From NCBI RefSeq assembly GCF_000143415.4, contig NW_003314380.1, forward strand, positions 1 to 17,365: 17,365 nucleotides of DNA, written 5' to 3'. Position numbers and translations under genes: made by a program. Source of the DNA: Selaginella moellendorffii (taxonomy: Eukaryota > Plantae > Lycopodiophyta). Shown here one piece after another: positions 9,143 to 17,365 of the stretch; position 1 is the first letter of the stretch; every line of letters begins with the position of its first letter. The notes under the pieces are model-generated. The model was given only the letters and a program-made list of their open reading frames with translations, was not told where the DNA came from and did not search any database.

Positions 9143-9305
9143 AAATTCCTCCACTAGATCTCTCGCATTCGCTAGGTTCTCCTCTGGTTCCCATGTCGCT
9201 TCGCAGTGTGGAAATCCTTTCCACTTCACATGGAACTCTCTCACCTTGCGTCCTTGTCGCTTGCTCTTGCGCGCATTGAGGATGGCCTCGACTTCGTATT
9301 CCTCT
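9143..9305 (-). CDS. Chromodomain at integrase C-terminus (group I-like, aromatic cage residues present)
   Basis: EYEVEAILNARKSKRQGRKVREFHVKWKGFPHCEATWEPEENLANARDLVEEF within ORF 9101..9523. Confidence 0.9.
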
Positions 9306-9482
9306 TCCCCTTGGATAACCTCAGGTAAAGGACTTACTTGGTCCTTGCGAAGCGGATCCTCAAAGTACGGCTTGAGTAAGTTCACGTGGAACACGGGGTG
9401 CATCTTCCCCATCTCTCGAGGAAGTCGGAGATGGTAAGCCACTTTACCGATTCGTGCCTCAATCTCATAAGGCCCCGCGAAC

Positions 9483-9533
9483 CTACTTAAGGAACTCAAG
9501 ATCAATTCATTTATGGAATACATGCATTTTTAC
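9483..9533 (-). other. Putative 51-nt spliceosomal intron (intron 2) in integrase
   Basis: CAA AG|GTAAAAATGCATGTATTCCATAAATGAATTGATCTTGAGTTCCTTAAGTAG|G TTC GCG GGG CCT TAT; removal gives KLTQRFAGPY; 29% GC; in-frame TAA if retained. Confidence 0.7.
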
Positions 9534-9950
9534 CTTTGGGTCAACTTTCGGCTGATCCCACTTGGTAGCCTGAGGTTTTTGGTGTTCAGCCACACCTTCT
9601 CCCCAGCTTGGAACTCTACATCCCGACGCTTCTGGTTTGCGTACTTGGTTTGCCTTTGTTGAGCTCGTTCCAAGGAACCCTCACTAGATTCCAAATGTTG
9701 AGTCTTTCCGCCGTGAATGCCTCCACTGCGGGTAACTCTCCATGATATTCAGCCACACCGAGCTCCATAAGACCTTCAATAGCTCGCCCATTGATGACTT
9801 CCCATGGACTCACCCCGATACTCAAATGTGGTGAGTTGTTATAACACATTTCCGCAAGTCCCAAATGACTTACCCAATCGGTCTGGTCTCCCGAGACATA
9901 GCATCGCAAATAATCCTCCAGCTGCCTATTCACCCTTTCCGTTTGTCCGT

Positions 9951-9996
9951 CTGTCAAGAAGTGTTAGTGCCATCAACTTGACTTAATACCCCATAC
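9951..9996 (-). other. Putative 46-nt spliceosomal intron (intron 1) in integrase catalytic core
   Basis: CAG ACA G|GTATGGGGTATTAAGTCAAGTTGATGGCACTAACACTTCTTGACAG|AC GGA CAA; removal restores HPQTDGQTE and the reading frame; GTATG donor, CACTAAC branch site, CTTCTT tract, CAG acceptor. Confidence 0.75.
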
Positions 9997-11157
9997 CTGT
10001 CTGTGGGTGATAGGCTGTGCTGAATTTTAACTTGATGCGATACTGTTCTAGGAGGGTTCTCCAGAACCTATTGGTGAAGATTTTATCTCGATCTGAGATA
10101 ATCTCTTCTGGCCTTCCCCGCACTCGAACCACTTGTTCGAAGAACAGCTTCGCCACCCCTTCCGCATCCACTTCCGTTGTGGTGGGTATGAAATGTGCCA
10201 TCTTTGAAAATCGGTCCACCACCACGAATATCGCATCGAACCCCTCGCTTGGGGGTAGTCCCGTGATGAAGTCCATCGTAAGACATTTCTACGGACGATC
10301 TGGAATTGGGATGCTTTGCAACAAGCCCCCACTAGCCTTAGTCATGGCTTTGACCTGCTGACATGTTGGACATGTCTTTACATAGTCTTGGACGTCCTTA
10401 GCCATATCTGGCCAGTGATACTTCCTCTTGAGTAAGCCCATCGTCTTGGGCACTCCACCGTGTCCCGCAAGAGGTCCATCATGACACTCCTCTAAGGCTA
10501 CCTTCCTTAGTTCCCCTTCTGGAACATACACCCTCGTTTGCTTGTAATATATGAGTCCGTTGTGTTCCGCATAGCCTGTTTTCTCTTCTGTTGGCAGCTC
10601 ACCTCTCTAGTGAGCTTCCCGTGCCTCTAGATTCCTCAGCAACACTTCTTGTGCTAGACCGTCGTTCTCATATGCGGTCCGCACATCATCCCAAAAGGTT
10701 GTTGTTGCGCTGGATATCGCCAACTTCAAGCTCGCTTTTCGACTTAGCGCATCTGCCACGATGTTGCTCTTCCCAGGCTTGTACAGAATCTCGCAATCAA
10801 ACTTGGCCAAAGCATTGGCCCACCGACCTTGTTTTCCCCTTAGGTCGGGCTGTGACAAAAAGTGTTTCGTTGCCACATTGTCCGTGTAAACCTTGAAGTG
10901 TCTCCCAAGGTAGTGTCACCACTCCTTGAGTGCCTTGACCACCGCAAACAATTCCTTCTCATGGGCAGGCCACTTCCGTTGAGCCTTGTCCAACTTCTTC
11001 AAGAAGAACGCTATTGGATGGTTGTCTTGCTTCAAAACTACGCCCAACGCAAAGTCTGAAGCATCTGTTTCTACCTCAAAGTCCTTACCAAAGTCTGGTA
11101 ATGCCAACACGGGAGCCTTCCTCAGCTTCCCCTTGAGGTGGACAAATGCCGCCTCGC

Positions 11158-11589
11158 AACCTTATAGTCATTCACTCCCTTGAAGACCGGTGGGGGCTTT
11201 GGTTTGTACTTAGGAACTGCCTGAGGGACTGATTCTACTTCGGTCTGTTCGACCTTGTTTGGTTCTACCTTAGTCCCTACCAAAGGGTCTGCACCTTCTG
11301 CGCTGCCAGCATCCGCAGTCTTTTGCTTTTTCTTCCGCTTTTCGTCACGCTTTAGTTTGCATATGAGAGTCTCTAGCAGGGCATTGGTCTGTGCCAACTG
11401 TCCTTCTAGAACATCCAATCGAGCCTTGGACTACCGAACCTCACCACCAGACTCCTGTCTGGAAGTTTCCTCACTGGAGTCATCCTCATGCAAGGATTCC
11501 TCATCCATAGCCTCTTGTTTGACTGGAGGCTCCAGCTCTGGCGGAGGTTCCGTCTCCACCTTGGTTCGTTTGCGCCCCACCTTTGCCAT
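11158..11589 (-). pseudogene. gag: N-terminal gag remnant
   Basis: ATG at 11589, ~45 nt after the PBS: MAKVGRKRTKVETEPPPE...EVR*SKARLDVLEGQLAQTNALLETL...KPKPPPVFKGVNDYK (coiled-coil-like stretch then the P..F.G motif that opens the gypsy capsid domain); one stop at 11431-11433. Confidence 0.75.
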
Positions 11590-11633
11590 CTCCCAGCAAT
11601 CCGCCTCTATCCTTCGCTAGAACTGAGGAAAAC

Positions 11634-11645
11634 GCTCCGATACCA
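11634..11645 (-). promoter_or_regulatory. Primer-binding site (tRNA-iMet) of element D
   Basis: Minus strand ...GCTTACA-att-TGGTATCGGAGC; one A>G difference from the canonical TGGTATCAGAGC (compatible with G-U pairing). Confidence 0.85.
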
Positions 11646-11648
11646 AAT

Positions 11649-12798
11649 TGTAAGCCACAAATTTTTCCTTTCCAATTTGCCAGCTTACCTCGTCTATCCG
11701 TCCGACACTACCTTGGCTTTTGCTAAGTTCCCTCGCCAAGGTTCCCGCCTATGGTACCAACTCCTACTTGGTCCTACTTGGTTTCAGCTACTCACTGCAC
11801 GAGCAATGGAGCGTTAGCCATCCATCCACGGATTCCCAATCTCTCCCAATCCCCCTCCCCGGGTTAGACTGGACTTAAGGTTCAGCTACACTCCCCACAG
11901 GCACAAGCAGCCAAGCACACCAAGCCTCCAGGTTCTTAACACCCCTTGGTACCACAAGACTTGATCATGGGACCCTCTAAATCCCAAGTCTTGGGTGTAA
12001 CACTTGCTTCGGGACGCCGGGGCGAAACACCGTGGCCTAATGGCCCGGTATGGGTACCTCTACCCCCCCACTTCCATCCCGAAGGAAGGGCAAGGACCAA
12101 TGAGCCGCATGGTACTCAAGTGGGGCACCACTCCACATGAGCCGGGAGCACCGCAATCGGTTTCCCTTTCGGGAGTGGGAGCTGCTCTTGAGCACTTCCT
12201 TGGATGGCCCCTCCGGCACCAACCAAGCCCATGCTTACTCCCACCCAAGGCCCCTCGGTCCTAGTCTCAACCTCAAGTCGGTTTGGAAATCCCACTGGAG
12301 AGTCCCTTCAAAACTGGTTCCTAGACCTCACTATCCCTACTATACTTTTGGAACCCCTTGGAAAACCCCCCCCCCCCCCCCCCCCCGGGAGATGCACGCT
12401 TTGGGCTTTCACCCCTTGACCCGTATTAGTATTTGGACTTAGTCTCTGGCTCGATCTTGGACTCGATTTCGGATCCGACTTCGGATTCGGTCTCGGACTC
12501 AATCTCGGACTCGATCTCGGACCCGATCTCAGACCCGACCTCGGACTCGACCTCGGACTTGGTCTCGGACCCGATTTTGGATCTCGGACTCCGTCTCGAA
12601 CTCGGTCTTGAACTCGGTCTCGGACTCGGTCCCTGAGTCGGCCTCGGACTCGATTCCGGACTCTATCTCGAACTCGGTCTTCGAGTCGGTCTTGGACTCG
12701 ATCTTTGACTTGGTCCCATCAGATGAACTCTTTGTCATTTTAGTCATGCTTTCGGGGTTCCTTTAGCCTACAACACCTCGGCGAGTTGGTTCCTTACA
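11649..12798 (-). repeat. 5' LTR of element D (1150 bp)
   Basis: Minus strand TGTAAGGAACC...GTGGCTTACA, followed by the PBS; contains a TCGGACTCGATC-type minisatellite (~12435-12715) and a C21 run (12366-12386). Confidence 0.95.
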
Positions 12799-12809
12799 CT
12801 TACATTCCA

Positions 12810-12890
12810 CTCTCACTCTCGACTTTCCAAGTTGGAGTCTTTAGTACAAATATGTTACGCTTGTTGGACTTTTGTTTTGACTACTACTTG
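12810..12890 (-). repeat. Old host LTR 'C', part 2
   Basis: Continues 7260 in register with homologous LTR B 14143-14225; interrupted at 12891 by element B. Confidence 0.7.
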
Positions 12891-13326
12891 TGTACGTGAC
12901 TAAGTTTTCCATTCTACTTTAGTCACCTAACCACAATTTCAACCACATAGAGGAGTTTCACTCTCAACCTCTATAACTCATATTCCAAACTTGGGGCTTG
13001 CTAGCCCCAAGAATGGCATCCATGCCACCTAACCTTTGCACTTGGTCCAAGTGTTCAATGTGTTTGATTCTATGACCAACACTTAAAGGTACCACTAACA
13101 TATCAATCCATTACACTAAGGCCATGCCCATTCACCTTTGTCACATTGGTGATCCAACACCACCTACATCACAGTTTCGTCTCTCAAAGATTAGGCCATC
13201 CGTTCATGAGTGATCATCCCAAATCCACTCTTTAGCATCCTTAGGATACCTACAGATATAGGGATCAGCCTTCCCCAATATCCTATTTTCCGTCCCCACC
13301 AAGTCCCTTTTTGTCCATAGTTGTGT

Positions 13327-13426
13327 TCGCCAACACTGCCACTACCACCATTACCACCCCCACACTCTCCCTATTATCGCCAACACTGCCACTACCACCA
13401 TCACCACCCCCACACTCTCCCTATTA
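13327..13426. repeat. 50-bp tandem duplication
   Basis: tcgccaacactgccactaccaccat(t/c)accacccccacactctccctatta x2, one mismatch. Confidence 0.95.
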
Positions 13427-13504
13427 TACTTTTGGAACACCCTGCAGTCCCCCCCCCCCAAGGGAAAATTGCTTTGGGCTTTCACCCAACAGCCTATATT
13501 AGTA

Positions 13505-14040
13505 TTCGGACTCGGACTCAGTCTTGGTCTTGGTTTCAGATTCGGACTCAGTCTTAGTCTCGGTCTCAGTCTCGGTCTTGGTTCCATCTCAAACTTCATC
13601 TCGGACTCCATCTCAGGTCCATCTCGAACTCCATCTCAGACTCCATTTTGGACTCCATCTCGGGTCTATCTCAGACTCTATCTTGGGTCCATCTCAGACT
13701 CCATCTCGGGTCCATCTCAGACTCCATCTCGAGTCCATCTCGGGTCCATCTCGAGTCCATCTCGGGTCCATCTCGGACTTCATCTCAAGTCCATCTCAGA
13801 TCCATCTCAGGTCCATCTCAAACTCCATCTTAGGTCTATGTTAGACTCCATCTCAAGTCCATCTCCGACTCCATCTTAGGTCCATGTTGGACTCCATCTC
13901 AGGTCCATGTTGGACTCCATCTCAAGTCCATCTTAGACTCCATCTTAGGTCCATCTTAGACTCCATCTCAGGTCCATCTCGGACTCCATCTCAAATTCCA
14001 TCTCAGACTCCATCTCGGACTCTGTCTTGGGTCCATCTCA
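13505..14040. repeat. LTR minisatellite, 12-bp unit ~TCCATCTC(G/A)G(A/G)(C/T) preceded by 6-bp GACTCG/GTCTCG units
   Basis: Dozens of copies of ..tccatctc.g.. at 12-bp spacing; source of the spurious SISD/RLHL/TPSQ ORFs. Confidence 0.95.
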
Positions 14041-14274
14041 ACAATTCCACATGTCATGTATTGGTCCTCTAGTGTCCTTTTTCTAAAGACTCATTTATTA
14101 CTCACTTTGTGCTCGTTTCTTAAGCACTTTGTTGAGAGTTCCACTCCTGCTCTCAACTTTTCAAGTTGGAGATTTTAATCCAAATGTGTTACTTTCGTTT
14201 GACTTTCACTTTAGCCACTACCACATGGTACCCTTTTGGCTCCACTTTTGAGGCTCTAGGATTTGTGTCTCACA

Positions 14275-14288
14275 ACTCCACCACCCAT
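14275..14288 (-). promoter_or_regulatory. Polypurine tract of element B
   Basis: Plus strand actccaccacccat = minus ATGGGTGGTGGAGT before TGTGAG. Confidence 0.8.
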
Positions 14289-15630
14289 AGACAAAGTTTG
14301 ATGTCCTTATCGAACAATAAACCATTCTATAAAATAACCCTATCATGGATTACTATTTTTCATCTTTCACACCTAGTCAATATTTGTCAATGGGTTTAAT
14401 ACTGAAGGCTTACCATGCCTTGCCCATCCTCTAAGGAGTATAGTCTCTTCAACTTAGAGATTCATTAGACCACTTGTGATGGCTTTTTCTATTTATTTGA
14501 GTTAATTCTTGTTAAACCCATTAGAAACACTTTCTTTATTTTAATCACACTACTCATTCCTAAGTAGTCTTAGCTTTTATCAACATAACTATTGTACTTT
14601 GGAACTTTTATTTTGACTTCTCAAATTCGTTTCTTAAGTGTCTTCGACACCTTGTATTGCACATTTGGTGCAAACTCCACTTCCCCATCCTAGGAAGTTC
14701 TTTACTTAAGGGCACTATTATCCTCTTTTCTATTTTATGCTACACTTGGTACTAAGTTTCATGTATCCATAATTTGTGCCAGAGTTGTCCATAATCCTAT
14801 CATTTGGCTACCTTGCTACTCCCTCCCTTGGAGCTTTCACTTTGCCAAATTAAAGTATTTAGGAATCCATCATTTGAAAAAAAAAAAATTCCATAATCTG
14901 TTAACACTAATTACATTGAGTGTTCTTTGCCTAACTTTTCTATTTAAATTCCTTCTAATGATTTCTATAGCCCATTCTTAGCCCTTACTTTTTTGCTTCT
15001 ATCCTTTGATTGTTGCACCAAGCAATATAGGATCACTGCTTCCATTCTCGATGTATCCTTTTGGTTTCATAGCAAAGGCTCTACTTTGCCAAACTCAAAG
15101 GCTGTTCACCCCTAGTAAGTCTTTTTAGCATTTTTTGCTATGGGCTCTATACACGACTTAACCTAGCGACCCTTCCATGAGTCCCTTTCTTAGACTCGCA
15201 ATACCACTGTATTCTCATAGTTTATTTCCTTTAGGTGTTATTCCCACTTAATCACTTTGACCAAGCCACACCATTATCAATAGTTCAAATCAACACTCTA
15301 AACTAAAAACTTTATTCCTTAACCTCACAAGGACTTTATATTTGTTTTAGTTATAAGATCGATCACCTAGTAATCTAACCTTGACACCTTAACAAATTTG
15401 CCAATAGATATTATATCTTCTAAACCTTTTAACTTATTGACCATAACCTTGGGGACATCCCCCACACTTGGTAATGCACCCAAGCTAGCCCTTCTAGTTA
15501 AGGGTATATATCAATTGAGACTGAGTGTCCTTATCTTATTCACCACATCCTTGGTGCCATTTGGACTAAAGTGTTCAAGTTAGATATGTCAAGCTTTCAC
15601 ACAAAACAATTAAATCACATATCACGACTT

Positions 15631-15846
15631 CGGGGCATCCCCCACTTGGCGGTATGCCTAAACCAGTCTCTTCACTGAGAGTTCATGACCACTAAAAAAT
15701 GAATGTCCTCATATTCTAAACCATCACTACACTTTAGTGAGTTGGGACTTGAACCTAAGCACTAAAGGGTTGGGACTCGAACCCAACCTCCGCATATGCA
15801 TTTACGAGTGGCATCACTTAAAATGCCTAACATGACTCCTCACGTC
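15631..15846 (-). ncRNA. Putative structured RNA module (degenerate copy in element B)
   Basis: Minus strand GACGTGA-ggag-TCATGTT, GGCAT/ATGCC, GGTTGGG-TTCGAGT-CCCAACC, CTTTAGTG/CACTAAAG enclosing a second GGTTCAAGTCC. Confidence 0.5.
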
Positions 15847-17365
15847 AGTGCATCAATTTATACTTAAAACACACTATGGATCATAGTTTAGGAACTTAAT
15901 TTCTCTGAACTACCAAATCCTCTCACTTGACAAGTCTGTAATTATGCATGGACTCCTCCATGTTTGGCCTCATGAGCCACCCCTTTTTTAAGTCAACACC
16001 TTCAACTAAGCTTTTTGTTCCTCCCAACCTACCAATCTTGCTTAGCAAGTCACTCAACTAGTGTAACATAGTTTCATGCATAAGTGTGAAGTTTTTAATC
16101 ATCGACTTTTGTTCAAAGTCATTTTTTTGAACACTTAGGAACTACTTCTCCAACCTTGATAGCCTCACCTCATGGCAAGATTCAAAACTACACTTTTGCT
16201 ACACCACTTTGATTTCATATGTTTTATAAACCATTTATACTTGTCTTTCTATATATTAATCTACTTTGAATTGTCTTTGGAAATCTTGAAGGGACTCTGT
16301 CCTTTAAACTGTTAAGACCTCTCTTTTTGTAAACTTTCTAATTGCCATATGATCTAACATAGACAATTTCATACTTTATACTCTTTATGACATCACGGTT
16401 GCTAATAGCAACATGTTTGAGCATCAATTTGATTCTCCACTCCTAACTTGCATAACCACCCTTAGTTATGCCTTTCGATTCCTATAGTTTGGTTCTATCC
16501 TTTTACTACTTACTTTTTGGCCTTATGTTTTCCCTTTAGTTATTCTCCTTCCGTTTAAGAAGGTAGTTTTGCACTTTCTACCATGCTTTAGCAAGTATTC
16601 TTAAAGATGAACCAACTCAATAATTTAGAAAGTGGTTTTTCAATCTGGATATGCTCACCATGTAATCCCACACACTAGGATTAACATCGTTATGCATAGG
16701 CCTCTTTATGCCCATTGCTAGCCATGCTAAAATCCCTTTTTGGCTTTATCAATTTGGGATAAATAGACTTCTCTCATCTTCGCAACCTTGGACATTGGAT
16801 AACACCTTCTTAGTATTTTAGAGTGTTTAGTGTCTTAATGATGATGTTTTTTTTATAATGAGCATTTTCTTTTATGACATTGACTTACTATATTTTAACA
16901 TAAGCAATTTATCCCTTAGAGGGGTATATTTAACCTCCTTATCCCAATAAGAAGTCTTAGGTAATTAACTTCTACCAATCCAATCAATCATCTTCTACTT
17001 AGTTTTCTCATAATTGTCAAGTTTTACAACTCATTATTGATACTTCCACACCTTCATTATTATTTGGGTCACCACACTTTAACCATATGCCTTCCAGTTT
17101 AGGCAATGCCATTCTCATTTCCATTGAGATTCCTTTGGCAAGGGGTTCTTATAAACTCATTAACTTGACTTCAATGCATCATACCTTGGCACATTTGGTG
17201 TTTCCACACCATTGGCTTTACATGCTTACCCTTACCACACTTCCCACTTGTGTCTAGGTCTTTGCCAATACCAAAAAAATTATTTCTCATGCCAACTATC
17301 AGTTAGCACTGCACCATAATGTTCATACATAACTCCACACTAAAGTTTTTTTCTTCCGGGAACAC

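Larger units (their letters stand above)
9101..11160 (-). pseudogene. pol: pol remnant: RT connection, RNase H, integrase (HHCC, DDE, GPY/F) and chromodomain
   Basis: CEAAF..LK..L..APVLALPDF; ETDASDFALG, HEKELFAVV, YTDN, ADALSR; CHD..AGH..C..CQ; MDFITGLP, SDRD, HPQT/DGQTE; FAGPY, HPVFHV.LLK; EYEVEAIL..VKWKGF..ATWEPEENL. In-frame stops at 10916, 10607 and 10289, a 1-bp frameshift at ~9679, and two intron-like inserts. Confidence 0.95.
7498..12798 (-). mobile_element. Element D: young, internally deleted chromoviral Ty3/gypsy LTR retrotransposon (Tcn1/Galadriel-like), TSD CTTAC
   Basis: Two direct LTRs with TG...CA ends; TSD CTTAC at 7493-7497 and 12799-12803; PBS, PPT; domain order gag-(deletion)-RNase H-integrase-chromodomain. 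Confidence 0.95.
7261..12804 (+). mobile_element. Miniature Cassandra-like insertion (238 bp: 7261-7497 + 12804), interrupted by element D; TSD TTCCA
   Basis: TTCCA at 7256-7260 and 12805-12809; the host LTR C sequence is contiguous across it. Contains a palindromic left end, a PPT-like GCGTGGTGGAT (7312-7322) and one complete LTR. Confidence 0.75.
12891..14274 (-). repeat. 3' LTR of element B (1384 bp)
   Basis: Minus strand TGTGAGAC...ggaaaacttagtcacgTACA; homologous to LTR A but missing A ~5760-6238 and with a much longer minisatellite. Confidence 0.8.
12891..17365 (-). mobile_element. Element B: old degenerate relative of A (possibly LARD-like), runs off the window end
   Basis: PPT at 14275-14288; internal region 14275-16263 is the reverse-complement homologue of A 3355-5303; AT-shifted by C>T/G>A changes; no clear ORF. 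Confidence 0.8.

Noticed and set aside
10607-10645. Possible 39-nt GT-AG intron removing the TAG between RNase H and integrase
   Set aside because: Poor donor (GTGTTG), purine-rich, no branch or pyrimidine tract; a CAG>TAG point mutation is simpler.
11431-11433. Programmed stop-codon readthrough in gag
   Set aside because: No recognisable readthrough context, and the element has several other transition-type stops.
9246-11620. Plus-strand ORFs antisense to gag/pol (9246-9437, 10017-10361, 10591-10896, 11255-11620)
   Set aside because: Shadow ORFs of the coding strand with no recognisable domains.
13351-14072. Repetitive ORFs (SISDSISG, RLHL, TPSQ, ESETEFE), also at 5321-5818, 6816-7240, 8299-8662, 12308-12747
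   Set aside because: By-products of the stop-poor 6/12-bp LTR minisatellite, open in several frames on both strands.
16600-16645. Possible remnant of intron 2 in element B
   Set aside because: Only loose AT-rich similarity, no GT/AG ends, and spacing from the intron-1-like match differs from D.

Overview
Eukaryotic, plant-type, retrotransposon-dense DNA with two N-gaps (1244-2088, 8000-8250) and no intact host gene. A non-seed plant such as a fern or lycophyte is plausible but is inference only. The window is a nest of LTR elements. An old gypsy-family LTR ('C', 6692-7260 + 12810-12890, minus) was hit by element A (+, ~3355-6691), element B (-, 12891 to window end) and a tiny 5S-rRNA-bearing Cassandra-like element (7261-7497 + 12804, TSD TTCCA). 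A young chromoviral Ty3/gypsy element D (7498-12798, minus, TSD CTTAC, LTRs ~2% diverged) sits in the last bases of that Cassandra LTR. D has lost most of gag, protease and RT but keeps RNase H, integrase and chromodomain. The most striking observation is that D's integrase is interrupted by two tiny GT-AG intron-like inserts (46 and 51 nt) whose exact removal restores conserved motifs (HPQT-DGQTE and KLTQR-FAGPY). Also notable are a covarying multi-hairpin 3'-UTR module with two tRNA T-loop/B-box-like arms shared by three elements, a fold-back Cassandra derivative with two U5 ends, a second 5S-LTR with a Met PBS, and a decayed PLS-type PPR fragment.
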